The translations under genes were made by a program, and so were the position numbers. The notes below the pieces were generated by a model, which worked only from the letters and a program-made list of their open reading frames with translations, made no database searches and was not told where the DNA came from. A DNA stretch of 64,000 bases. Source: Lama glama (lineage: Eukaryota). Position 1 is the first letter of the stretch, and the number at the start of each line of letters is the position of its first letter. Location: NCBI GenBank assembly GCA_028534125.1, contig CM052816.1:23004001-23068000 (forward strand), in the 5' to 3' direction. Of the stretch, positions 1 through 13,055 are shown one piece after another.

Positions 1-410
1 ATGGTTCCTATGGCTGATTAAATGCATCATGTGGTGCAGTAAAATCATAGAAACAGTAGCCATTTTTCTAAAAGGAGCCTGAGACTCTAACTCTCATTTC
101 TAAACCCCCTTGGGCTTGTTTGCTTTGAGAGGCTAAGTAAGAGTCCTAATCAGAGTGAAACATTTTCATATAGTCACAACAGAAATACCTAAAGCCAAAA
201 ATAAAACCCTATAACTCTGCTCATGACCAACATCCTAGTTTTTTGGGGGAATGCCAGGAAAAGACATTTTGACACAGTTATAACTGGACATGAGCATCCA
301 ATTATTGGGACTTGCAGCAAAAAATACTTGAATTGCTACGTACCACCTTTTGAAGAATAATTCAACATCTGCCTTTGTTCTAACAACCTTGTTTTAAATT
401 TGATGTTTCC

Positions 411-910
411 NNNNNNNNNNNNNNNNNNNNNNNNNNNNNNNNNNNNNNNNNNNNNNNNNNNNNNNNNNNNNNNNNNNNNNNNNNNNNNNNNNNNNNNNNN
501 NNNNNNNNNNNNNNNNNNNNNNNNNNNNNNNNNNNNNNNNNNNNNNNNNNNNNNNNNNNNNNNNNNNNNNNNNNNNNNNNNNNNNNNNNNNNNNNNNNNN
601 NNNNNNNNNNNNNNNNNNNNNNNNNNNNNNNNNNNNNNNNNNNNNNNNNNNNNNNNNNNNNNNNNNNNNNNNNNNNNNNNNNNNNNNNNNNNNNNNNNNN
701 NNNNNNNNNNNNNNNNNNNNNNNNNNNNNNNNNNNNNNNNNNNNNNNNNNNNNNNNNNNNNNNNNNNNNNNNNNNNNNNNNNNNNNNNNNNNNNNNNNNN
801 NNNNNNNNNNNNNNNNNNNNNNNNNNNNNNNNNNNNNNNNNNNNNNNNNNNNNNNNNNNNNNNNNNNNNNNNNNNNNNNNNNNNNNNNNNNNNNNNNNNN
901 NNNNNNNNNN
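411..910. other. Assembly gap (500 N)
   Basis: Run of N. Confidence 0.99.
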
Positions 911-2865
911 TCATGTGAATAATCAAGTAGTGTCTCTGCTGAGTTTTATGGACTGGTGATATAAACTTAAAAGGTAAGCCTCCTAAAGCAAAAGCCAACT
1001 TAAAAAAACTAAAGTTAATATAAAAATGTGCTCTCAGGTTTAACTACCAAAATAGCAGATGCATTTGGCCACTTATGAAAAAGGAATCCTTAAATTTAAA
1101 GTCCATCAACACATATTTACTCTCTGCCTAGAACAAGCTGCTGTTTTTAAAATATGAGACACTTTGAGGATACAAGAGACTCCAGCAACTCCATTATTAA
1201 TGAATTATCACACAGCAAACAATGTATCTTCACCAGCTCAAGAAATGTGCATTACAGCCTGTATAAAGCAAAGGACAGCCAGAATTAGGATGGCATTTTA
1301 TAAAGAGAGTGAAATGCAGATACAAAAAAGCAAGCTTTACCTAGATATTAGAAGCTAATGCCCTCTGTAAACTGATGCACAATATTAAGAATTCTCTATT
1401 TGTAGCCGTAAATGTTTATACACTTTCAAAATTGTTCACACAGAAAAATATTTCATTTTCTGTAAAAAAAAATTACACACACATAGATCTACATATATCT
1501 TTTTTTCCTTCCAGCAGTGAGATTTTCCTCTCTCAACATACCTGATAACACAAAGCTACCTAATTTCCTAAGTCTCAGGTATGCTCAGCAAAAAGGTGGA
1601 AGCAAATGGACCAAAATATAAAGAGAAGACAATGATAATAATAATGAAACTGCAGCTCATAAAGGGAACATTTCAGCAAGCCTTGTAAGACATACTTGGC
1701 CTTCATCCATTGACCTGACTTTCTGCTCTCAATGCGGTACAATACCATAGAGGCACCACGCTCACTGGAGTAATTTTAATATAATCTTCATCACATTCTC
1801 AGAATTCCACAGATCCCTTCACTTCCGGACTGTGAACAACCAATCTCCTGAATAGGGAGGTTTGTCACACAACTTGCAAATGTGGCCAGAAGGCTAAACA
1901 AGACCACAGAGTGTGCTGCCGCTAGACATTTTCAACATTCTAGAGATGGCTCTGAAAGTGCACGGCTTGTTCCCGGTAGGAGTGTCTTAATTAGTCTCTG
2001 CCATATGTTCATCTGGCTATACCCATAAGTGCATCTAGGCAGAAGGAGGCTAGGCAGTCCTATTTTTCTTGGAGGGCATGCGATCCATTTTTTGTCAGGC
2101 AAATAAATAACCCTTTTGTCACCCTTTGAGTTACTTGGTAAATACTTTCATCTTCAACTGGAAGACTCTGCTACCACCATCATGTAGACTGTTCTCAGGG
2201 AACAAGCTGCTAGGAACACATGTAGGTAAAAAGGTCCTTAAAAAGGAGAAAATAAAGTTCTGAAATAACACGGGCCAGAAGATTTCTGACACTCAGTTCC
2301 CATATTCCTTTTCCATAACCAGGCTAATATGTAGAAAGAAGCTTAAATTCTAACGAAACCATGTTCGTAACTTTTGCTTTGCTTTTAGATTCAAGAATCA
2401 TTCGTGTTCATTAACATTAACTCATCCTATGAATTATGTTCTTATGTCAAGCATATAAAATACCAGATATGGGCTTAAATGCCAGTAACATAAATAGCTC
2501 CATCTCCAAGTGAAATCATCTTGCTCCTGTTCTGGACCAAGCAAGACTGGTTAGTGATGAGAGGACTGGAAATAATATTGCTCACTAGGTTGAATTTTTG
2601 TTTGCAGGAAGAAAGTGGGTAAAAAACAAAAAGAAAATCTTTCTCAATAGTTAACGCCCAGTAAGGTTTTTGAATTACACTGCCTTATAAAAAGACTTTA
2701 AATTACACTGATTTATTAAAAGTAAACATCTTACTGTTGTTTAATTACAACAGTATCATGATTGATGATAAAGTCAACATACTGATAAGATACAAAGAAA
2801 ATATATTGGAATTCAAACTTGTGACAAATACGGAGCTCAATCCTTTGTGTGTGTGTATGTGTGTT

Positions 2866-3202
2866 TTTTGTTTCTAGCTTTATTGAGATATAACTGACAT
2901 ATACCACTGTGAGAGTTTAAGCTGTGCAATGTGATGATTTGATAGACCCATGCACTGTGAAATGACTGCCACCATAGGGGTAGTTAATACCTCCATCACC
3001 TCACATAATTACCTTTGTGTGTGTGTATGTATGTGTGTGTACACGTGCATGCACATGCGGTGTGAGAACCTTTAAGATCAATGCTCTTAGTAAATTTCAA
3101 GTGTATAACACAGTATTGTTAGCTATAGTCACCATGCTCTAAAGCAGATCCCCAGGACTTATTCACATTATAACTGGAAGTTTGTACCCTTTGACCAACG
3201 TC
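2866..3202 (-). mobile_element. LINE-1 3' UTR fragment (L1MA9/L1MA10-like)
   Basis: TTTATTGAGATATAACTGACAT...CACCTCACATAATTACC...TTATAACTGGAAGTTTGTACCCTTTGACCAAC is the reverse complement of an old L1 3' end, with an internal (TG)n. Confidence 0.85.
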
Positions 3203-4324
3203 TTAGTGGAAAAAAATATAAATGACATCTTCAATGTAATAATGAAGCACTTCAATGTAATAAGACCATCAAAAAATGCTGTTTTTCTTAGTACAGTCTT
3301 TTTTTTTTCCAATATCCATTACAAGCTACAAAATGCAAAAGTAAAACAATGCTTGGAAATCTTCTGATCCTTTAAAATAAACTCAGAGGGAGCAACTGAA
3401 TCTTGAGAAGGCTCATTAAAAATTGAAGAACGACACAGACGTAATATGACTTAATTTTCAACCCATGGCAGATTCCAAATTACTTCCTAAATCAAAGCAC
3501 TGAAAGTAATCGCTATTAAGTGATTTCCCAAAGTCCTTTCAGTACACAACAACAGAACCATGTACCTATAGGTGAATTTCTAAATACAACAGCTTATGCG
3601 AGCTATCTTACTTGAGGTACTTAACCAGTGTTCTCCTTCAAGAACGATATAATTTGAAAGATATCCTCGATTGACTCGATTGACATGGCCCTGTCTTTTC
3701 GGTGATTTTTTTTTTTCCCCAAGAAAAACTTTTGTGCTGTGTAGTGTTTCTCAGAAGCTTGTAATAATTGCTGAATCGATGGTAATGGTGAGTAATATAT
3801 ACTATATTATCCTATGGGGAAAATGATAAAGTAAGAGATGGTATTTACTGGCTCATTAACCTGGCTGGAATTACTCTTTGACAATGTTAAATTGACAGAC
3901 AAAAAACAGAACAAAACAACATCTTGGATGGGTTTTTCAAGATTTTGCAGCAGTGTGATCACTAGTGGGAATATGGGAGTATAAAGAAATAGTCCACTGA
4001 ACGCCAGCTTTTCAGATACTCCAGCTGTCAGATAATCGCCGGCAGTCTTAGTTTTCAATGAAAGAACACGTTAGGGATTGTTTACTAAATTTGGACTCAA
4101 AGAGGTGGTTCACACTTCTGGGGCAACTCAGCTGGAAAAATTTAGACCAGACAAGAGAAAAATGTGTATTTCAAGGCAACGTTGAAATGGGATTTTTCAT
4201 TACTGGTACAGCTGAGGTTTCTTTATAAATAAAGAAGTTAACCAACTGTACCTTTTCTAAAGTCTATTTAAAAGTGTTAAGATAGTAATTACAAGTTTAC
4301 AAAGTATAGACTCTCCAAATATTT

Positions 4325-4495
4325 ACAACTTGGATAAGTCACTCATCCTCTTTAATCCTCAGTATACTTTACTCTAATATTTACTATGAAATATCACACT
4401 TTCTAAGGTTAGTTTGAGGATTAAATGATACACTTCATGCCAAGCACTTAACCCAGTGCTTGGAGCATAAAAAGCACGCAAGAGCAGCTACTTTA
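4325..4495 (+). mobile_element. MIR SINE fragment
   Basis: TTGGATAAGTCACTCATCCTCT...GAGGATTAAATGA...AAGCACTTAACCCAGTGCTTGG matches MIR core and tail. Confidence 0.7.
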
Positions 4496-6234
4496 ATTAC
4501 TATCACTAGGGGAGCTAAATTTGACTCTTCTATTCAAGCTCTAGGTGGAATCTAGAGAAAAGTCAACCATCAACTGACAATTAGGTACTCTGATAAATAG
4601 GAATATATAAGCATAAAACATATCAATGGATTATAAATCTACATCCTCAAATTACATTTAAAGAGTATATTGAAAGCCTCTTTTTCACCTCTGTCCTCCT
4701 GTGAAATATTCCTATTGCTCCTCCCTGCGCTCATACAAACATTCCCCCACCAATCCTTGTTTTCCCAAATACACTATGTATTGTTTAAGTTTCTCCTGCA
4801 AAACTTTCTCTATTCCTTGTGATCACGTTTCAAATTAAGTGAAGACTAAATGGCAGACGGCTAAGGAGTCCAAGGACTCATCAGCGGTCTGGGCAGGGTC
4901 TACGACGGAGCCTGATATAATGTGAATATTGTTATATTCACCAGTCAGCTCTGAAAGCTCGGCAGACTCTGGCATCAAGACACTGATATAGTTCTTACGT
5001 GCCACAGATTAACTTATGACTTTCACCTGAGAATTCTGGGCAAGGACGATCCTCCAGAAATGTTCTGTCTTTTGCCTCCAACCCAATTTCAGGCTCACAA
5101 ATGCAACTCGTTAACAGATGTCTCCTCACACAGGTAGAAGAGAAATGAAAAGATGGAAAACTTCGCATCGCTTTAATAGGTAATTACATGCATATAGAGA
5201 GAATCAATTACATTCAAAATGAATCATTCTCACGGGTTCATGTGTGAGCCAACGGGTTCATTCAGTTCTAAAAGCAGGAGATGTCCTTATTTCACTGTCA
5301 CTGTTGAGCCATGCAATTCTTGAGAGCTAAGACTTTACACAGCCTCTACGTCCTTGGCATCTGTGATAAAATGTGGTCCAGTTTTAGTTAAAGAAAGTGT
5401 TACTAACGGCGAACACATCTACTTGCTTCCATATTGCTACCAGCATGTCAAAGGAGGTGTGGAGAAATAGGAAGAACCGCCTTGCAAATATTTTCTCAAA
5501 GAGACCTGTTTGGAAAGGTGCACTGGAACGGCCAGTAAGAAAAACAAATTCAATATAATTATTTCATTTTTACCAACTGCCAACAAACATTAGCAGATAG
5601 TCTTCAAACTGGCTTGTGGGAGGTAGAATCAAGCTTTATTTTAGATGCATACAGCTGCATGACTCACTAGGGGGGAAGTAAATGTGCTGATTTACCAATC
5701 TGTTATTATCAGTTACAGACACTGCTCTGCCCAGCTGCTCTTGAACCCTGCATGCTTAGGAGAGAATGAACTTAAGTCTGTCTAGGTGCACATTTAGGGT
5801 TGTGCTGCCAAGCCAAGCCCACGCTGTAAAATAAAGGCATATTTTAAGGGGAAATTCTAAAAGAGTTAAAAAATTTCAGAGACAATAATGGATAAGTTCC
5901 GATGGTAGAAAATGAAAAGCAAATATTACCACTCACTATTATTCGAAGTTAAAATATTGATCAAGGATCCTTTCTAACTGTAATTCTAATTTCATACTTT
6001 TTAAATATCTCAGTGATTCTTTCAGTGAATAGCTATATAAATTTGACTTTTTTTCCTCCTGGGCCTGAGAAAATAGAGTTAGAAATTAGGCTTTTAGTTG
6101 CCACCTGCCTTTTTCTCACTTTCTGAACTCTGTCAGAGCCACCTCCCCCAGGTAATAGTTCCAGAAGGATCAGAAGGATTAGTATGTACCAACTGCTATA
6201 CTGAGTAATTTGCTTAAATCATCTCCTATAGTTC

Positions 6235-6395
6235 TGTCCTCAGTACTTTAAGGTGAATATCATTATTGCTCTCTTTTTTCCCCCATGGGTGAGAAAACTC
6301 TGTTTTGGAGAAGTATCCCAGTTTGACCGAGGTCACACAGCTAGGAAAGGGCGGAGCGATCCCTTGAGCCTCGGTCATCCAATGCTGAGCCCCAA
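6235..6395 (-). mobile_element. MIR SINE fragment
   Basis: GGTGAGAAAACT...GAGGTCACACAGCTAGGAAAGGGCGGAGC matches antisense MIR core. Confidence 0.7.
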
Positions 6396-6581
6396 TTAAT
6401 TTACCACCAAACCATGAGGGCACCAGCTCTTACAAATACCCAACCTGACAGATTAGAAGGTTCTGCAGAGAGTCTATAAACAAGCTAGTATCTACCCTCC
6501 AAGTTATTGGAGAAAGACAGCCTTACATTGGGGAGTAGGCAAATTAATTATTCTTTATGAATTCTTTTGTTTAAAGTGCTT

Positions 6582-7242
6582 ACAGAAATAGAGAACTGAT
6601 TGATGGTTGCCAGGGATTAAGGAGGGGACGGGGCAGAGGGAAGTTGGTGTGGCTATGAAAGGACAACATGAGGGATCCTGCAGGGGATGGAAATGCTCTG
6701 TATCTTGTGTCAATATCCTGTGCTACGAAATGAGTGTTTGTGTCCTCATCTCCCCAGTTCATATGTTGAAACCTGATCCCCAGTGTGATGGTACTGGGGG
6801 CAGGTCCTCTGGGAAGAGATGAGGTCATGAGGATGGAGTCCTCATGAATGAGATTAATGCCCTTATAAAAAGACCGCAGAGGGCCCCCTTGCCCCTTCCT
6901 CCACGTGAGGACACGGTAAGAAGACAGCCGCCTATGGACCAGGAGATAAGTCCTCAACAGACACCACATCTGCCAGTGCCTTGACCTCAGTCTTCACAGC
7001 CTCCACAACTATAAGAGATAACTGTCTGTTACTTAAGCCACCCAGTCGGTGGTAATTTTTTTTTTTTCTTACAGCAGCCCAAATGGACTAAGACATCCTG
7101 ATCGTGATCCTCTATTACACTTTTGCAAGATATTTCCACTGAGGGAAAACTGAGTAATGGGTACACAGGATCGCTCTGTGTTATTTCCTACAACTTCATG
7201 TGCATCTACAATTAGCTCAAAATAAAACATCTAATTAAAAAA
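6582..7242 (+). mobile_element. Old L1 (L1MC/L1MD-like) 3' end, interrupted by an MLT1A LTR
   Basis: TGGTTGCCAGGG...CAATATCCTG [LTR] ...GGGTACACAGGATC...CTCAAAATAAAA reads continuously once the LTR is removed. Confidence 0.75.
6721..7095 (+). mobile_element. MaLR solo LTR (MLT1A/MLT1A0-like)
   Basis: TG...CA termini; CCACGTGAGGACAC, AAGCCACCCAGT and GCAGCCCAAATGGACTAAGACA motifs; perfect 5-bp TSD TCCTG at 6716-6720 and 7096-7100. Confidence 0.92.
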
Positions 7243-7842
7243 TAGTGCAGGCATTTCAACACATAGTTACATGAAATGAATTTGAGATACAAACTGAACA
7301 AAGCTAAAGAGCCAGGCGAGTGTTTTGAAAACCCAAACACAGACAAGAAGCCATGAGGCAGCCCGGGCAGGTGGTGAAAACCTGCAGAAGCACTTTCTCA
7401 GCTCTGTCACTCTCACAGGTAGCAAGAGACACCTAGTCTCTCCCAGAGGCTCCTAGGAGACTTGCTAAGAGGAGAGAAATGAGCCATGGCAGCCAGTCTT
7501 TGGGTTGCTCCTCCCTGAGCCACCCACAGCAGGAGATGAGGAGGGAGGCGGGAATCTTTATTTAAGGCTCATCTGGCCCTCCCGGCTGACTGGCTGCTCT
7601 GGTCAGACCTAACAGCCGGTGCCGGGGTTGTAAGAGGGACTGCTCAGAGAAAGTGACAGTACAGCCGGCGACCTAAGGGCTCTGAAGGGGCCACGGCACA
7701 AGCAGAGGAGAATGCAGTGCCTGCTGTCCTATAATTTACACACTATTTAGCCACTTAGGGCTCCTTGGACAACCAACAATTCCAAATTCCTTAGCAAATT
7801 TATAGCTAAGCAACAAAGCTATCAAATAAAACTTCTTGACTT

Positions 7843-7887
7843 TATGTGCATGTGTGCATGCACGCAAGCGCATGCACGCGTGCACGC
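7843..7887. repeat. Alternating purine-pyrimidine tract (TG/CA/CG)
   Basis: TATGTGCATGTGTGCATGCACGCAAGCGCATGCACGCGTGCACGC. Confidence 0.8.
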
Positions 7888-8279
7888 CCAAAAGGGGAGT
7901 AAAAAACCAAATTGGCCCTTGAAAGCAGTACACTGAAATACTGTATTTAAATATCAGAACATTATAGATCACAAATTATTAACAGGAGAAGGAGGAAAGG
8001 CAATAAAATGTTAGCACCGTAAGGAGAAAAGAATGACCTGTGGATAAGTCAGGGTCTTAGCACTCTTCTAGGTACCTCTCCGCATCAAGAGCATTTGGAA
8101 GTCACTGGCTCTGCACTTGGGATGAAGATGCTGAATCTGCTACAAATGAAAGATGACATCCCTCATTCTAACTATTGGTGGTGGTCGCTCATTTAAAAAG
8201 ATACTTAAAAATAATGCTTGCCAAATAATGCTATTCCATATTATGGGGGAAAAAAGAGATGGTAGGAAAAATCAAAGCC

Positions 8280-10030
8280 AATTTTTAAAACTTTATTTTT
8301 AGCTAACTCTAGACTCACAGAAGAGTTGCAAAAATAGTACCGAGAATTCCCATATACCCTTCGCGCAGCTTCTCCTCTGCTGATGTCTTACATAACCAGG
8401 TAAGATTTAGAAAAACCAAGAGCATTGATACAACCTCATTAACTGAAGAACAGAACAGAACTATAAATTTCTTCAGTTTTCCCAGTAAAGTAGCGTTCCT
8501 GTTTCCAGATCCAATTCAGGATCCTATACTGCACTTAATTGTCAAGTTTCCTCAAGTCATCTCACATCTGTAGCAGTTCCTCAACCTCCCTAGTCTTCCA
8601 TCACTTTCAGACTTCTTAAGAGTAGGGGCCAGTTATTTTGTGGATTGTTCCTCAACCTGGCTTGGTCTGATGCTTCCTCATGATAATACTGACACTACGC
8701 ATTGTCTGCAGTGATACCACACAAGTGTGTCCTCCCCACATCTTATAGGAGGGCTCATTATGGCCATATGTCACTGGTGGTGATGTTGACCTTGACTAAG
8801 ACGGAGGCTGCCAAGAATGTCCATGGTAAAAATGCTATTTTCCATTCATAATTACTAAATACTTTGGAGGGCATACTTTGAGTCTATGCAAATCTGTTTT
8901 CGTGTAAACCTTTGCCCACTAATTTTAGCATCTATTGATGGATCTTGCCTGCAGCAATTATCACTGTGGCATTCAAATAGTGATTTTCTATTTATAATTC
9001 TGCATTTTTAATGTAGTCCTTCCTTCCACATTTATAACTGCAAGGAAGAATTGCTGTCTAACCCCATTATTATTTAGTCAATTATTTATTTATTTTTATC
9101 AGCACAGGCTCAAGCACATTTTTTCTTTTCAATGGATTATAATCCAATACTATCATTGCCACTCAAGTTCTTTCTGCTTGGTTCCTGGACCACTTTCAAC
9201 ATGCCTCATCTCCTCTTATTTTTAACACACTTCACTTTCTGGCATCACAAGATGCTCTGTATTTATGCTGAATTTTCCCCGTTCCAACCCTGGAATCAGT
9301 ATTTAGAAGGGAAGATATGGGCACAAAGTATGCTCATTGCTATTGAGGAAATGACTGATTCTGCCCCTTCAGTGAAGAGAACTAGGACATATGTATACCA
9401 ACTCATGTATACACAAGCCTCTATATTTCTATATCTAGTTCTCTGTGTGTGTGTGTATGTGTATACACACACACATATACATATAAATTTTTAACATATC
9501 CACATTGATACTTCTGCCTCCAATCCAGTACCACAGGGCTCAATTTCTCTTCCTCTTTCTCTTTTGTAACTTCTTACCCCGATAGTGAGAAACCTGGCCT
9601 TCTATGATATGTTTACTTATTTGTGCAACTCTAGTATGTAAATAAATTAGTTTCAGAGTTCCTTACTAATATGCCAATGAGAAACAAATTTATGAACTAG
9701 ACGATAGTGCCTGGACACAGTTCTCTTGGTTGTTAGCATGTAGCATTCAGTCTGAGCACAATTTTCCAAAGTCATGCAGGTCAGCTCCTTTCTTCCCCAT
9801 ACCCTTCAATGTGGGGACCGTCCTCGTCTGCATTCCATCTTTCTCCCATCTCCTAATTTGCTTCTTTTTAATTACAGAGCAAAATCCACTTTTTGTGCTG
9901 TACAGTTCTTTGGATTTTGACAAAAGTGTGAAACTGTATGTCCACCTCCACAGTTCCCTACAGGATAGTTTCATAACCCCTCAAATTTCCTCATGCTAAC
10001 TCGGTACAGACAACCCTTTTCCCCAGACCT
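8280..10030 (-). mobile_element. Old L1 (L1MC4-like) 3' region
   Basis: AGACTCACAGAAGAGTTGCAAAAATAGTAC...CCAGATCCAATTCAGGATCC...GTACAGTTCTTTGGATTTTGACAAA are antisense L1MC 3' UTR motifs. Confidence 0.75.
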
Positions 10031-12198
10031 CCATCAAAGCAAGCTCTTGCTTCAGTTATCCCAGTATATGATTTGGAATTAATTAGAACTGAATAGAACA
10101 TGTTAACCATATAATAATAATGATGCATCTAATGTCAGTGCGGTCAAAAAGCCTAATCTGTAAAGCTATAGCTGCTGTTGTTCTAAAGTATATGAGTGCT
10201 TAGATTTGGCCTTTAACTGGATCTAAATAGCTCAAAAAATTACACCATGGATTTTTGTTATTGTTCATTTTTCCTTCTTTGAATGCTTACATTTGGAATC
10301 TCCTAAGTGGTCCCTAGGTTAGTATCATTTTTTACAGGAAAGGAATGAACTGCGTTTCTCATACTTCTCCTCGGGGTGGAAGACCTCGCTTTGGGAAAGC
10401 AGTTGTGTACTTGCCAAAGATCACTGGAAGCACCGCCACATCTGTCCCCACTGAGCCCCTCCAGAGAGTGAGCTGAGCGCTAGTGCTTCTTTGTACGTAT
10501 CATAGTATTTTGTCATTATTACAGATAACAATAGATAATGGCGAAGGGATGGAAGACGAGTGATTGGCAGGGTGTTAAGAGAAAGCAATAAGATATTTAG
10601 GACTTTGTAGTCAGCAGAAAAAATGAAAACCACTTCTGATCATTATCATGTGGATTCTTCTTATGCCGAAATAAAAAGGTCTCAAGGAATGTTTCTTGGT
10701 GGTTACTACCTATGGTTACGAAAATACACATGGATGAAAATAAACCCACCCCCTGAGAGGAGGCTGTCTCCTTGAGGCATAATCAAGCCGAGGAGGTAAT
10801 TCTCAAAGCAAAGACTTTACCGTACAGAGCAGTTGCCCTGGGCCAGCTGCCATGCGATTCTGTGCAACCTCATGCATCTCTTGTGAGTGTCCTTCTGTGT
10901 AAGATAAGCCACGTACTACACAACTGACCAGGCTGCTGTAATAATTAAGCAAGTCAAAGCAAACGAGGCACCTGGTACCAATAAGAATTAATAACAATAA
11001 TAATAGCTATTATTAGGAGTACTAGTTCTGTGTATCTTCTTTGGTGATCAGGAAATCTAATTACATGGGAGTAGCAGTACTTAACATTTACAACCAAACA
11101 TGTATATTTTTGAAAAATAACCATGATTCCAAGGACCTCAGTGTGGCTAGATCATTCAAAAATGACAAGATGACACACAGTGACACGTCTGAATTGTTCT
11201 CTTCAGCTGACTCTTACAGGCGGTAGAAGGTCCTGGAAGAGGGACCCATGCCTTTTTCATATTTGTATCTCGAGGGTCTTCCAACAACAGGCATAAGAAA
11301 ACACCCTAAATTCAACTGAATAACGTTCCCATCTTACCAAAGGCCAGTATATAAAGCGAGAGATGGTCAGGAAGTGTCCTGGGCACATTAAAAATGTCTA
11401 CATTTCAGTACTTGGAGGAATCAAAAGAACACTCCATCTTGGGAAAAAAGAAGTGAGTAGTTCCGTGGAGTATATACCTCACAGGAGAGAAGGTGCTAGT
11501 ATTTTGTATAGAAGTACAAACCTAAAAATCATGATAGTAGAGGTCCAGCTCAAGATCATGTCAAAATCCCTGTGGGTTTTGGCGGACGGATGCACGTCTG
11601 GCTTACCAGTAGGACAGGCCTGCCAGTACTTTCTATATTATGGCATTTGCAACACAGAATTCTCCCCAAACTAACCTCTTCCCCACAGTATAATAAAATG
11701 TAGCAGGAGAAGGAGAAAATCATCGTATCATAGCCTATGCCGAGGACCATGGTGGATTCAGCATTTTGAGGGTTTCAACAGTCATAGGTCCCCTCTGCCT
11801 TCTTGAGGGTCCAAGGCGGTGAAGTCCAGTAGGGGAGGGGCCCGAGGGAGGCTCAGCAAACAGGCCTGACTCACAAAGCAGCAGGAAAAGAGAGGAAGAA
11901 AATGACAGGCCCCAAACAGTCACTGACTGGGTTTGTTTGTGAGAAGAAATGAGAGCAGACTCCCTCTCTGGGAATTCCTAAGTGTGACGGCCAGGGGGCG
12001 TGACATGGGCAGGGGTCAGCAGAGGAGGGGTCTTCACCATTAACGGGATCCATTTTACAGCCCGGGCTGGTTAACCTCATGAAGCATGGGGGACCTAGAA
12101 ATATCAATTAACTTTGCAACAACAAGTAAAACTAGTGTTTTGGGAAAATTTCCTGAAGCATCCTTTCTTCAAGTGCAGTTTTAAAAAGTACAGTTTTC

Positions 12199-12292
12199 GA
12201 GGGGGTGGGTACAACTCAGGGTACAGTGCATGTTTAGCATGCATGAGGTCCTGGGTTCAATCCCCAGTAACTCCATTAAAAAATTCTTTTTT
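12199..12292 (+). mobile_element. Camelid tRNA-derived SINE (Vic-1-like)
   Basis: GGGGGTGGGTACAACTCAGGGTACAGTGCATGTTTAGCATGCATGAGGTCCTGGGTTCAATCCCCAG with A-box and B-box-like motifs; TSD AAAGTACA(G/A)TTTT at 12185-12197 and 12293-12305. Confidence 0.85.
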
Positions 12293-12330
12293 AAAGTACA
12301 ATTTTTTTAATTTAAAAATTATGCTTTATT

Positions 12331-12906
12331 ACCAATTTCACAGTAGCACTGCTTATAATAGCCAAGACATGGAAACAACCTAAATGTCCATTGACAGGTG
12401 ACTGGATAAAGAAGCTGTGGTATATTTATACAATGGAATGCTACTAAGCCATAAAAAATAATAAAATAATGCCATTTGCAGCAACATGGATAGACCCTGG
12501 AGAATGTCATTCTAAGTGAAGTAAGCCAGAAAGACAAAGAAAAATATCATATGGTATCACACACATCTGGAATCTAAAATAAAAAGACAAACAAACTTAT
12601 TTACAAAACAGAAATAGACTCACAGATATAGAAAACAAACTTAAGGTTACCGGGGGGAAGGAGGTGGGAAGGGATAAACTGGGAGTTTAAGATTTGCAGA
12701 TACTAACTACTATACATAAAATAGACAAACAACAAGTTTATTCAGTATAGCACAGGAAACTACATTCAATATCTTGTAGTAACTTATGGTGAAAAAGAAT
12801 ATGAAAATCAATATATGTATATTCATGTATGACTGGAGTATCGTGCTGTACACCAGAAATGGACACAACATTGTAAACTGACTATACTTCAATAAAAATA
12901 CATATT
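12331..12906 (+). mobile_element. Lineage-specific L1: ORF2 C-terminus and 3' UTR, 5'-truncated
   Basis: GCCAAGACATGGAAACAACCTAAATGTCCA (IAKTWKQPKCP-type), GCCATTTGCAGCAACATGGA and AATAAA; degenerate TSD at 12314-12330 and 12907-12923. Confidence 0.92.
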
Positions 12907-12944
12907 AAAAATAATGTCTTATTAGAGAAAATAAGCATTTACTT

Positions 12945-13055
12945 CATGTCTCTGATTTCAGGCACTGTTATATCATACACTGTTCCTATGAACTTTATGA
13001 AGTATAATTACCTTAATCTTACAGATAAAGAACCTGAAAATTAAAGGAGTGAAAA
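12945..13055 (-). mobile_element. MIR fragment
   Basis: CAGGCACTGTT...TTACAGATAAAGAACCTGA. Confidence 0.55.

Noticed and set aside
336..998. Long ORFs of 172-220 aa (likewise 23424-24366 and 59293-59556)
   Set aside because: Artefacts of translating through N gaps
1515..1578. + strand exon-like segment (TTCCAG| ... CAG|GTATGC); similarly 29531-29658
   Set aside because: Good splice sites but no recognisable peptide or partner exons; such pseudo-exons are common
12199..12275. tRNA-Ala-like gene
   Set aside because: Degenerate cloverleaf, A/T-rich tail and TSD indicate a SINE, not a tRNA gene
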